From a virus, in the IMG/VR virus record IMGVR_UViG_3300042348_000780: 64,000 nucleotides of DNA; one strand, 5' to 3'. Within the stretch, counting starts at the first letter, position 1. The number at the start of each line of letters is the position of its first letter. A program made the position numbers and the translations under genes. Below, in pieces: positions 6,258 to 14,037 of this stretch. Below the pieces are notes generated by a model. The model was not told the DNA's origin. It worked only from the letters and a program-made list of their open reading frames with translations, and did not search any database.

Positions 6258-6287
6258 AACAGTGTCTTCCATAGACACTGTTTTTTT
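6258..6287 (+). terminator. Rho-independent terminator
   Basis: AACAGTGTCT/AGACACTGTT stem followed by a T run. Confidence 0.8.
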
Positions 6288-6300
6288 CTAAATATACTAT

Positions 6301-6636
6301 ATGAAATCCTTTAAAATATATCTTCAAGAGGAATCAGAAAGGCAAATGCGTCTTGGTGATTTTGTCGAGGTTGGCACAAATGTGAAAGATCCTCATTTTT
6401 ATATTGTTCGTCGGGGTGCTGAACATGAAGTCGGTAAACCAACAAAAAAACCCAATCCACAGCATTTTGGTTTCAGAGTGATTAATACAGATAGTTTAGA
6501 TCCAAATTATGCTTTTTACATGATGCAACATATAGCAAATACTGGTCATTATAAACAATTTGCAACTGGTTCTACAAAACTTGTAAATATTCGAGCAAAT
6601 CATATTACAGATATTCCTCTGGGGATAAGACAATGA
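6301..6636 (+). CDS. Putative internal protein resembling a single type I R-M HsdS target-recognition domain
   Basis: MKSFKIYLQE tag, then MRLGDFVEV...LDPNYAFYMMQ...ATGSTKLVNIRANHITDIPL. Confidence 0.55.
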   Translation: MKSFKIYLQEESERQMRLGDFVEVGTNVKDPHFYIVRRGAEHEVGKPTKKPNPQHFGFRVINTDSLDPNYAFYMMQHIANTGHYKQFATGSTKLVNIRANHITDIPLGIRQ

Positions 6637-6836
6637 AATCATTTCAACAATATATCAAACCAGCATCAACTGGAATTGAAGAACCACTCCCTCGGGGTTT
6701 TAGTGTTATAACACCAACAGTTCCAAAACCAAAAGGTATTCCAATAAAGGCACAGCCAGCTCCTAAACAACAACCAAAACAACCATCTACATTTGCTGCC
6801 ATATTAGCCAGAGCCAGGGAACTCGCAAAGAAATGA
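6633..6836 (+). CDS. Small Pro-rich protein with internal-protein-like N-terminus
   Basis: MKSFQQYIK; ATGA overlaps at both ends. Confidence 0.55.
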   Translation: MKSFQQYIKPASTGIEEPLPRGFSVITPTVPKPKGIPIKAQPAPKQQPKQPSTFAAILARARELAKK

Positions 6837-7435
6837 AATCCTTTAAAGAATATCTTATAGAAAACCCTATATTAGAACCACCAAGGGATGAATTTGTTAG
6901 ACCAAATATACGAACAGAATTACCAAAGGCTCATTCAGATCTATATTCTTTGGGTTCTAGTGTAATCGATGGTAATGAATATCATTTTCATGGATATTCT
7001 TCAAACAAAGACTCACCCTTTACTCAAGAACGATTACACAGTGGCTATGTGACGATGAAAGATTCTCAAGGAACACATAAGGTTGTTGGTAATACTGATT
7101 TCTATCCTCATGATTCTGAGCATAATACTTATTATTCAAATTTTCCAAAATTAAATAAAGAACATACTGGTAAAGGATTGATGTCTGAACTCTATAAGAG
7201 ATGGGCAGATCATAACAAATATACATTGATTTCTGGGCGTGTTCATACTAGAGGTGGTAAGAATATATGGGCCGAGTTGTCTCAAAAAGGTACGGTCACG
7301 GCTCATGACACGAACAGAGAAGGTAGTCGCCCTATAGTGTATGATTCTAATAATCCAAAACATTATACTAAATTCTATACAGCTACAAGAACTTCAAATC
7401 CAATACGATGGTTATTCAAGTATAAAGGTAAATAA
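6833..7435 (+). CDS. Putative internal protein, GNAT-like
   Basis: MKSFKEYLIE; LNKEHTGKGLMSELY resembles GNAT motif A; T.GGKNIW. Confidence 0.55.
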   Translation: MKSFKEYLIENPILEPPRDEFVRPNIRTELPKAHSDLYSLGSSVIDGNEYHFHGYSSNKDSPFTQERLHSGYVTMKDSQGTHKVVGNTDFYPHDSEHNTYYSNFPKLNKEHTGKGLMSELYKRWADHNKYTLISGRVHTRGGKNIWAELSQKGTVTAHDTNREGSRPIVYDSNNPKHYTKFYTATRTSNPIRWLFKYKGK

Positions 7436-8232
7436 TGAAATCTTTTAAACAATATATTTCTGAAGATATATTAGGTGGATATGATCCAGAAGTAACACAT
7501 GATGAAAAACCACCAGAGAAAAACATTAAATCTTTAGATGAATTAGTCAAAAAGTTGGGTAATAATTATACACATGATCCAGAATCACAAAGAGTTGATT
7601 TGAATGATAAATTTCATATTCGTTATAAAAAATTCTCTGAGTCAGATTCGAGTGGATATACAAAGCATCATTTAAATGTTAATGTATTTTCAAATGCACC
7701 TGGTCATGAAAACACATCTTTAGCAACATATCGTCTTTCACATGATAACTACAGTGTTGTAAAAACACCAGATGGCAAAGAAATAAAAATGTTTTCTGGT
7801 AATCCACAGAAAAAAACAAGAGATGTAAAGAGTGGAGTATTTGAACTTCCACATAATTTCTTACATACTATAGCCAATGCTACAGGATATGGAATTATGA
7901 GTGGTGATATTCAGAGTCCTGGTTCAGTTCATATGTGGAGAAAAGCAGTACAACACGGACATGAAAATGATCATCATGTAGGAAAATTTATACACACTTC
8001 AGAAGAACCATCTAGACCTAGAAAATTTGGACAACCAAGAGTTATTAAATTACAATCACTTGGAAAGATAACACCGTCAACATTTCAGGATGCCTATACT
8101 GGAGATGTTTCAACTGATCGATCTGGAAATACATCAAAAGTTATTAAAAATAAATTTGATCTACCACATGGAGTAGATACTGAAGGAATGATAACAAGAG
8201 ATGAAACTCTCTTAGGAATATTACCAAAATGA
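7435..8232 (+). CDS. Putative internal protein, possibly degenerate GNAT-like
   Basis: MKSFKQYISE; IMSGDIQSPGSVHMW parallels LISGRVHTRGGKNIW in the preceding gene. Confidence 0.55.
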   Translation: MKSFKQYISEDILGGYDPEVTHDEKPPEKNIKSLDELVKKLGNNYTHDPESQRVDLNDKFHIRYKKFSESDSSGYTKHHLNVNVFSNAPGHENTSLATYRLSHDNYSVVKTPDGKEIKMFSGNPQKKTRDVKSGVFELPHNFLHTIANATGYGIMSGDIQSPGSVHMWRKAVQHGHENDHHVGKFIHTSEEPSRPRKFGQPRVIKLQSLGKITPSTFQDAYTGDVSTDRSGNTSKVIKNKFDLPHGVDTEGMITRDETLLGILPK

Positions 8233-8423
8233 AAACATTTAAACAATTGATGAGTGAGATGATCAATCCAATAAGACAATCTACACCATCTACACAAAAA
8301 GCAAAAGCAGAACCGAAGATACCACCAGTGAAGCCAGTGACAACAGACGGAGATACTTTTGAAAAGTCACCTCCACCAAAGCCTCGACCAACTTATACAA
8401 AACCATCAAGACCCAAACCGTAA
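8229..8423 (+). CDS. Small Pro/Lys-rich putative internal protein
   Basis: MKTFKQLMSE. Confidence 0.55.
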   Translation: MKTFKQLMSEMINPIRQSTPSTQKAKAEPKIPPVKPVTTDGDTFEKSPPPKPRPTYTKPSRPKP

Positions 8424-8879
8424 AGGTTTTGGATTTTTACTCAGAGGCATATTTGCTTCTTTTGGTGTACGATCACCCTTTTTACGATTACACTTCAAAC
8501 AACTTGTAACAACATTTTGCCATTCATGTCTTCCACCTTTTGATCTCGGAATGACATGATCTACTGTGGCATTTGTATATTCTAGTTTACAAGAACAGTA
8601 TTGGCAGATATAATCATCTCTCTTAAAAATATTCTTTCTGGAAGGACTTAAATCCCTAAAAGGAATATACACATACTTTTTAAGAGCAAGGTGAAGAGGT
8701 AATTTAAATATCCCACTTCCCGTTTTGATTTCTAAATATTCTTCTTCAGTACATGGAGCCACTTTATCATTGATAAGTAATACGACAGCATGTTTCCAAT
8801 CAATATCAATCAGCTTCTGATAAGACATATTATACAACGCAACAGTACTCATAGACATATTTATCCTTATACCAGACAA
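8406..8879 (-). CDS. HNH endonuclease (McrA-like)
   Basis: RDDYICQYC...TVDHVIPRSKGG..W.NVVTSC.KCN.KK; true start may be an internal Met near 8858. Confidence 0.9.
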   Translation of the reverse strand: MSGIRINMSMSTVALYNMSYQKLIDIDWKHAVVLLINDKVAPCTEEEYLEIKTGSGIFKLPLHLALKKYVYIPFRDLSPSRKNIFKRDDYICQYCSCKLEYTNATVDHVIPRSKGGRHEWQNVVTSCLKCNRKKGDRTPKEANMPLSKNPKPLRFGS

Positions 8880-8922
8880 AATTATTATAATTATTTTTCA
8901 TAATGTTGTCAAGTGGCAAAAA

Positions 8923-8930
8923 TATAAATA
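8923..8930 (+). promoter_or_regulatory. T4-type late promoter
   Basis: TATAAATA, 5 nt before ATG 8936. Confidence 0.65.
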
Positions 8931-8935
8931 TTTTT

Positions 8936-9154
8936 ATGAAAACATTTAAAGCACTAACCGAGGAAATATTTAAAAAGGGTGGACGTGAAGTTGAATATGC
9001 TCCTGGAGAAAAGAAAGCAGCTGATGCATTGCATAAAAGTGGTATTCGTCTTTCTAAACGTAGAAAAGGAATATCATCATTTAATTTAAAAAGAATAAGA
9101 AAACTTTCTAAGAAAGGTCATTCTGTTCATGGTGTTAAAAAGAAACGCAAGTAG
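8936..9154 (+). CDS. Basic putative internal protein (start re-called)
   Basis: MKTFKALTEE just after TATAAATA. Confidence 0.6.
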   Translation: MKTFKALTEEIFKKGGREVEYAPGEKKAADALHKSGIRLSKRRKGISSFNLKRIRKLSKKGHSVHGVKKKRK

Positions 9155-9419
9155 GACGATTCTTATAGAAGAATTATCTAAAGGTATATGTAAGGTAGTA
9201 TTTCGAAAAGCCACCAATGGAAGATTTCGAAGTATTTTTGGTACATTAAAACCAACATTGATACCTGGCAGATATCAAAATACAATTATGGAAATACACA
9301 AAGCCCAGGATGATCCAAATCTTTTACCATTTTATGACGTAAAAGAACAATCATGGAAAAGCTTTTACATTTATAATATTGAATCTTTCTATACTGAAGA
9401 AGAAATCAAAAAGAAATAA
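9129..9419 (+). CDS. SH3/Sm-like beta-barrel protein (WYL_2/DUF2693-like)
   Basis: VFRK..G.FR...GTL...IP ... FYDV....WKSF. Confidence 0.65.
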   Translation: MVLKRNASRTILIEELSKGICKVVFRKATNGRFRSIFGTLKPTLIPGRYQNTIMEIHKAQDDPNLLPFYDVKEQSWKSFYIYNIESFYTEEEIKKK

Positions 9420-9863
9420 TTAATTTAATCCTATTGACAATGTTTGTGTCACTGCGTCAGTTAATAGATTAGTTATTTCTAATCTTAGAGCTTTTAATGT
9501 TAATGTATAAGATATAGCATTACCAGGTTCTGTTGCTGTTATTGTTAAGACATCATTATTATTAAATTGTTCTGATAATAATCTATTTGTACCAATTCTT
9601 GAAGCAACAGTAAATGTATCAATTAATCTACTATTTTTAAAAAATTGTAGTGTATGATTTGCAGAAAAAGTTCCGTTTGATGTTGTAACTGCTAATGTTA
9701 CTGGAGAATTTACTCCACTTATTGTTGTTGATACAGATCCAGAAATAAGACCAGATATTGCTGTTGGAGAGAAAGTAATAGCACCAGGTGTTGCGTCTAT
9801 AGAAGTAAAAATATTTCTACTTGCATTTATAGATGGATTTACATATTTTCTTGAATTACGCAT
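9420..9863 (-). CDS. Hypothetical beta-rich, likely virion protein
   Basis: Ser/Thr-rich ORF coupled to the upstream gene by TAATG. Confidence 0.6.
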   Translation of the reverse strand: MRNSRKYVNPSINASRNIFTSIDATPGAITFSPTAISGLISGSVSTTISGVNSPVTLAVTTSNGTFSANHTLQFFKNSRLIDTFTVASRIGTNRLLSEQFNNNDVLTITATEPGNAISYTLTLKALRLEITNLLTDAVTQTLSIGLN

Positions 9864-10240
9864 TAGTATGCAATAAATCCTAATGTTATACCAACTACTG
9901 AAGAACCAGATGTTTTAAATACAACATCATTTAAATCATTCACTGGTAAGAACAATTCTGAGTTTGTTGCTAATAGGAATCCATCAGCGGTAGCACCAGA
10001 ACCAGGATAAGTACCAGCAGTTTTTCCTTCAATACTAATAACAGCATTGCTTACAGAACCAACATTTCTTATAAGAACGCCTTCTGATAATACTGTTGAT
10101 GATGGTTTTGTAAATGTACCACCTTGAAGATATACCCACGAAGTTGCAGTGTTGGCAACCAGACCAGTTGTAGTTTGAACTACTTTTGGATCATATACTT
10201 TAATGCTACGAATGTCTGTATTATTGAGTTTAAATGACAT
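9863..10240 (-). CDS. Hypothetical virion protein, similar to the C-terminus of 16606-17883
   Basis: GFLLATNSELFLPVNDLNDV vs GFPLDPGESIFFEIDNLNKV; TATAAATA upstream (10256-10263, minus). Confidence 0.6.
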   Translation of the reverse strand: MSFKLNNTDIRSIKVYDPKVVQTTTGLVANTATSWVYLQGGTFTKPSSTVLSEGVLIRNVGSVSNAVISIEGKTAGTYPGSGATADGFLLATNSELFLPVNDLNDVVFKTSGSSVVGITLGFIAY

Positions 10241-10311
10241 ATTATTTTCCTATATTATTTATAAACTTGACATTTTGAATATTTATGCTAATATAAAGCA
10301 AAGGAGCTTTT

Positions 10312-10476
10312 ATGCCAAATACAACAAATCGTGAGGCTAAGATTAAGCATCGAAAGAGGAAGAACCGTATTACTCGTCAGAATCAAGAAAACATTGCTAA
10401 GAATGCTAAGAAAAAGACATTGGAAAAATTACATAAGGAAGGTCGATTACCTAAAATCGCACTGGGAAGGCTCTGA
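10312..10476 (+). CDS. Small basic protein (54 aa), not in ORF track
   Basis: AAGGAG SD; TTGACA-16-TAATAT at 10267-10294; MPNTTNREAKIKHRKRKNR...; hairpin and T run at the end. Confidence 0.65.
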   Translation: MPNTTNREAKIKHRKRKNRITRQNQENIAKNAKKKTLEKLHKEGRLPKIALGRL

Positions 10477-10503
10477 GCCTTCTTTTTTTTTATAAATATT
10501 TTT

Positions 10504-10872
10504 ATGAAGAACTTTAAAGATTTTATTACGGAAAAAATGCGAAAAGATCCAAAACAAGAAGAGGCTCGTCTACTTTCTCGTTTAGAACGTATCAGATCAG
10601 AAATACCAACAATTACTCCTGATGAAAGTAAAATATTATATTCACAGGATCCATCTGTCAAGAAATCAACAGAAGCAAGAAAAATTAGTGGAAAATTATT
10701 TAAACAAGCTAGTAAGTCTGCTCAATTCAGAGATGTAGAAGCATCATTACAGGGTGTTGAGGATATCTCAAGAGGAGCCGTAGGAAAACAAACATCTGCT
10801 TTATCTAGAGGATTTGGTACACCAAGTCAAATTAGAGCCTATAAAACTTCCACTGGAAAATATACAAAATAA
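10504..10872 (+). CDS. Putative capsid-targeted internal protein
   Basis: MKNFKDFITE; TATAAATA at 10491, 5 nt before ATG. Confidence 0.65.
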   Translation: MKNFKDFITEKMRKDPKQEEARLLSRLERIRSEIPTITPDESKILYSQDPSVKKSTEARKISGKLFKQASKSAQFRDVEASLQGVEDISRGAVGKQTSALSRGFGTPSQIRAYKTSTGKYTK

Positions 10873-10877
10873 TTCCA

Positions 10878-11033
10878 ATGAAAAAATTTAAAACTCTTCT
10901 TGAAACTATAATTAAACGCGGAGACAAATATTTACTTATGAGTAAAAAAGGTAAAGTGCTTGGTACACATTCATCAGAGAAAAAAGCACGTAATCAAGAA
11001 GTGGCTATAAAGAAGAGCACTGGTGAATGGTGA
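10878..11033 (+). CDS. Small basic putative internal protein (51 aa), not in ORF track
   Basis: MKKFKTLLETIIKRGDKYLLMSKKGKVLGTHSSEKKARNQEVAIKKSTGEW*. Confidence 0.6.
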   Translation: MKKFKTLLETIIKRGDKYLLMSKKGKVLGTHSSEKKARNQEVAIKKSTGEW

Positions 11034-11035
11034 TC

Positions 11036-11063
11036 TTGACATCTGAATATATTCTGTTATAAT
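11036..11063 (+). promoter_or_regulatory. sigma70 promoter, leaderless
   Basis: TTGACA-16-TATAAT-6 nt-ATG(11070). Confidence 0.8.
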
Positions 11064-11069
11064 TGGGAC

Positions 11070-11585
11070 ATGAATATTTTTGCTGTGCATGAAAATCCTA
11101 TTATTGCAGCACGTTCTCTTTGCGACAAACACGTAGTTAAGATGATTGTAGAAGGCTGTCAGATGCTTTCTACAATTCATCGTTTAGGAGCATCACATAT
11201 TGTTCATGCTCCCGTTGAACTATACAAACAATCATTTGTCAATCACCCATGTACAATTTGGGCAAGAGAAACAATTGAAAATTATTTTTGGCTTGCCTAT
11301 CATACAAACGAACTTTCGGTAGAATATACTGAAAGATATAATAGAGAACATAAAGCACATCAGATGACTAAGTGGTTTTTGAAAGTTCCACCCATGAAAA
11401 TCCCATATGGCGATTTAACACCATTTGCTCAAGCAATGCCTGATAAATATAAAAACTCTGATTCGGTTCAAGCATATCGTGATTATTATATTCATGAAAA
11501 GTCAAGATTTGCTAAGTGGAAATTCACTGAACCGCCAGAATGGTATACACAAGGTGTAAACAATGTGCAAATGCAAGTATTGTGA
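11070..11585 (+). CDS. Pyrimidine-dimer DNA glycosylase / DenV-related family protein
   Basis: MNIF...AA..LCDKHVVKMIVE..QML...NHPCTIW...F.QAMP...AYR.YY..EK. Confidence 0.75.
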   Translation: MNIFAVHENPIIAARSLCDKHVVKMIVEGCQMLSTIHRLGASHIVHAPVELYKQSFVNHPCTIWARETIENYFWLAYHTNELSVEYTERYNREHKAHQMTKWFLKVPPMKIPYGDLTPFAQAMPDKYKNSDSVQAYRDYYIHEKSRFAKWKFTEPPEWYTQGVNNVQMQVL

Positions 11586-11907
11586 GCGAGAGTTCACTCA
11601 GAAAAATAAAAAGGGTTGTGTTGTTTGTCCTTCATGTAATACAACCAAAAGACGTTGGGAATCTAGAAAAGAATTAGTTGAAATGATGGGTGGTAAGTGT
11701 ACTAAGTGTGGATACTCTGGGAATCCAGCCACTCTTCAATTTCATCATTTAGATCCAAAAGAAAAGAAATATTCTTTGTACTCACGCAATCTTCTTCGTG
11801 CTGATCGTTATGAAGAAGTAAAGAAATGTGTAATTCTTTGTGCTAATTGTCATACTGTAGAACACACGAATCAAGAGTTACTTAAAAAGTTTGGTGTGAT
11901 CCCTTGA
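11563..11907 (+). CDS. HNH endonuclease with Zn-finger N-terminus
   Basis: GGKC.KCGY...LQFHH.DP.EK ... KC.ILCANCH..EH. Confidence 0.85.
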   Translation: MCKCKYCEREFTQKNKKGCVVCPSCNTTKRRWESRKELVEMMGGKCTKCGYSGNPATLQFHHLDPKEKKYSLYSRNLLRADRYEEVKKCVILCANCHTVEHTNQELLKKFGVIP

Positions 11908-11932
11908 CAAAGAAGAACCAATAGGGTACAAT
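11904..11932 (+). promoter_or_regulatory. sigma70 promoter for tRNA-Lys
   Basis: TTGACA-17-TACAAT. Confidence 0.75.
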
Positions 11933-11949
11933 CAAGCCTCACAAGTAAA

Positions 11950-12022
11950 GCCCCTATAACTCAGTTGGTAGAGTAGAAAACTTTTAATTTTAAGGTCGTA
12001 GGTTCGATCCCTACTGGGGGCA
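11950..12022 (+). tRNA. tRNA-Lys(UUU)
   Basis: GCCCCTA/TGGGGGC acceptor, ACTC/GAGT D stem, CT-TTT-AA loop, GTAGG-TTCGATC-CCTAC T arm; CCA not encoded. Confidence 0.9.
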
Positions 12023-12090
12023 TTCAATCGTTAGTCATCATGTAAGACTCGCCATGGTGATCAAAACAAGAGTCGTTTAGGAGATTTATT

Positions 12091-12372
12091 ATGGCAAATG
12101 TTATTTCGAAGAAGCGTCGTGTTATTAATTATTTGGCAGCTGGTCGTGGTATTACCGCAGCAGAGGCTCGTAGTCGATTTGGTGTAAAGAACCTTCGTGC
12201 TATGATGAGCGACATTCGTGTTCTCGTTGAGCGTTACGGTAATTGGGAAGTTGAAACTGAAGAGACTCGTTCTGGCAGCACACGCTACTTCATGCGCGAT
12301 ACTCACACAGGTCGTCGTAAGTTTAAGTTTGACGTTGATGGATCGCGTACTGCAATTGCAGCATCTCGCTAA
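12091..12372 (+). CDS. Winged helix-turn-helix protein
   Basis: VINYL..G.GITAAEA...FGV.NLRA..SDIR; AGGAG SD. Confidence 0.65.
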   Translation: MANVISKKRRVINYLAAGRGITAAEARSRFGVKNLRAMMSDIRVLVERYGNWEVETEETRSGSTRYFMRDTHTGRRKFKFDVDGSRTAIAASR

Positions 12373-12384
12373 TAATTAATTTTT

Positions 12385-12418
12385 GGGGAGAGACAATTAA
12401 TTTTGTCTCTTTCTTTTT
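12385..12418 (+). terminator. Rho-independent terminator
   Basis: GAGAGACAA/TTGTCTCTT stem plus T-rich tail. Confidence 0.6.
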
Positions 12419-12784
12419 ATGATTCCAGATGATGATCTTTTAAAGTTTGCGTTTCCTATGTGCCTTGGTATTCCACGGCAAAAGAAACACTTATCTTTAA
12501 TCTTTAATAAGAAGCGTTTGGTATCAGTGGGTGCGAATTATTTCAAGACACACCCAAAGGCTAAGAAGTTAGGTTATCTTTATAACGAAATGCATTCTGA
12601 ATTAGATGCATATCGAAAGGTTCCTAAGTATATGCGAGATAAGAAATTGACTCTTATTAATATTCGCATGAATGCTGATGGAGAACTAAGAATGTCTCGT
12701 CCGTGTGAAGTTTGTAGTGGTTGGTGTGTTGAAGTTTTTGATCGAATCTATTATACTGATAATGAGGGTTTTAAGCGTCTATGA
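12419..12784 (+). CDS. Zn-dependent cytidine/dCMP deaminase-fold protein
   Basis: HSE and RPCEVC motifs (HxE...PCxxC). Confidence 0.75.
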   Translation: MIPDDDLLKFAFPMCLGIPRQKKHLSLIFNKKRLVSVGANYFKTHPKAKKLGYLYNEMHSELDAYRKVPKYMRDKKLTLINIRMNADGELRMSRPCEVCSGWCVEVFDRIYYTDNEGFKRL

Positions 12785-13038
12785 GCCAGTATCGACTCCA
12801 TATTGATATTCCAATGCCATTCACTGAAGAAGAGGCTATGAAGGCTTCTGAACTGATTGTAGGGGCAATTAATAATGCCATTCTAATTGATCGTTGTAAT
12901 ATTACAGAGATTAATTATCGTCTTGGTCATGATGATGATCGTCAGAAAAGTAATTATTTTATCAAGAATGAAAATGGACATGTGAATAATAAAAAGTGTA
13001 AGATCCACTTGACAAAGAATGAAAGTATGGTAGAATAA
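12781..13038 (+). CDS. Hypothetical protein
   Basis: 85-aa ORF with ATGA overlap. Confidence 0.6.
   Translation: MSQYRLHIDIPMPFTEEEAMKASELIVGAINNAILIDRCNITEINYRLGHDDDRQKSNYFIKNENGHVNNKKCKIHLTKNESMVE
13009..13036 (+). promoter_or_regulatory. sigma70 promoter for tRNA-Ile
   Basis: TTGACA-16-TAGAAT with TG extension. Confidence 0.7.
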
Positions 13039-13045
13039 TACTAAC

Positions 13046-13120
13046 GCGCCGTGGGAGGTCTTGGTTATCTCAGTTCGACTTATAATCGAATAAGACTTGG
13101 TTCGATTCCAAGACGGCGTA
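13046..13120 (+). tRNA. tRNA-Ile(UAU)
   Basis: GCGCCGT/ACGGCGT acceptor, TTCGA/TCGAA stem with CT-TAT-AA loop, CTTGG-TTCGATT-CCAAG T arm; atypical D arm. Confidence 0.8.
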
Positions 13121-13122
13121 TT

Positions 13123-13308
13123 ATGGCAAAACGTAAATGGGATTCAATTGATGAAGAAGCGGAGAGGCAAGGCTCCGCTTTTAAAATTCAACTAACACAA
13201 ATTTCACGTGTTGGTTGGGGTAAGAAAATTATCAAACAACGTAAAATGCAAAAAGATGCTGATAAACGCATTGAATGTAAACTGATTAAAGAATCATACT
13301 CAAGATAA
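13123..13308 (+). CDS. Hypothetical basic protein (start re-called after the tRNA)
   Basis: MAKRKWDSIDEE...; the track ORF from 13051 overlaps the tRNA. Confidence 0.55.
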   Translation: MAKRKWDSIDEEAERQGSAFKIQLTQISRVGWGKKIIKQRKMQKDADKRIECKLIKESYSR

Positions 13309-13318
13309 ATATTTTACA

Positions 13319-13678
13319 ATGACAATTGAAGATATTATTAAAAATTATAAAGTTGTTGGTAGAAATAAAACCAAAACAGGTGAAGATAGATGTTTCTTTC
13401 TAAATGAGATAGATAATATCTTATATTGTTTTGGTCCTTCCAATTATGTTCGTCAAGCTTTTGATGAAAAAGATAAAGAAAAAATTTTAATAATTGAATA
13501 TGAAAATGGTCCATACCTACAAGTAGGTGATAATGTATATGGTGAAAAAATAATTCAAAAATTTGAATTATTTACTGATCATGGTATACCAATTACTGCA
13601 ATGCATCTTGCAGATAAACTACAACTTCAAACAAAGAAAAATAAACGAAAGAAAAAAGGGAATACAGGCGTAGTATAA
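13319..13678 (+). CDS. Hypothetical protein
   Basis: 119-aa ORF; GATAAATA upstream. Confidence 0.65.
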   Translation: MTIEDIIKNYKVVGRNKTKTGEDRCFFLNEIDNILYCFGPSNYVRQAFDEKDKEKILIIEYENGPYLQVGDNVYGEKIIQKFELFTDHGIPITAMHLADKLQLQTKKNKRKKKGNTGVV

Positions 13679-13808
13679 TATTACTATTCTGGTTTATATT
13701 TCATCGAGTCTCATTACGCTACATGTGTAAAACAGGACGAAATCTTAGGCCCGTCATAGGTTTGAATAGCAATATATATACTAGTAGGTTCAATTCCTAC
13801 TATTCCCA
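13658..13808 (+). ncRNA. tRNA-like structured ncRNA (acceptor stem + T arm + long stem)
   Basis: GGGAATA/TATTCCC-A acceptor; GTAGG-TTCAATT-CCTAC T arm; TAGTATA/TATACTA, ATATT/AATAT and CTATTC/GAATAG stacked helices. Confidence 0.7.
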
Positions 13809-13810
13809 TT

Positions 13811-14035
13811 ATGAAATCTAAAAATAAATTATTTTATACTAAAATCGAAGTCGATGGTAGATGTTTAGATTTACTTTTTACTGAAAAAGAAGTAATACGT
13901 GCATCAAATAGAACTATTGATCCAGTAAATTCAGATTTCATTCCTGATAATGTAAATACCTGTTGGCCAATTGAGCAACCGCCAAAATGCTCATTTTGGG
14001 ATAAAATTCTTGGCAATTGTAAATGTAAGGAATAA
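13811..14035 (+). CDS. Hypothetical protein
   Basis: 74-aa ORF. Confidence 0.55.
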   Translation: MKSKNKLFYTKIEVDGRCLDLLFTEKEVIRASNRTIDPVNSDFIPDNVNTCWPIEQPPKCSFWDKILGNCKCKE

Positions 14036-14037
14036 TT

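Noticed and set aside
13051-13122. N-terminal extension of ORF 13051-13308
   Set aside because: It overlaps tRNA-Ile; ATG 13123 is the more plausible start.
13658-13808. Bona fide tmRNA (ssrA)
   Set aside because: Too short, no G3-U70 pair and no recognisable tag reading frame. Reported as a tRNA-like ncRNA instead.
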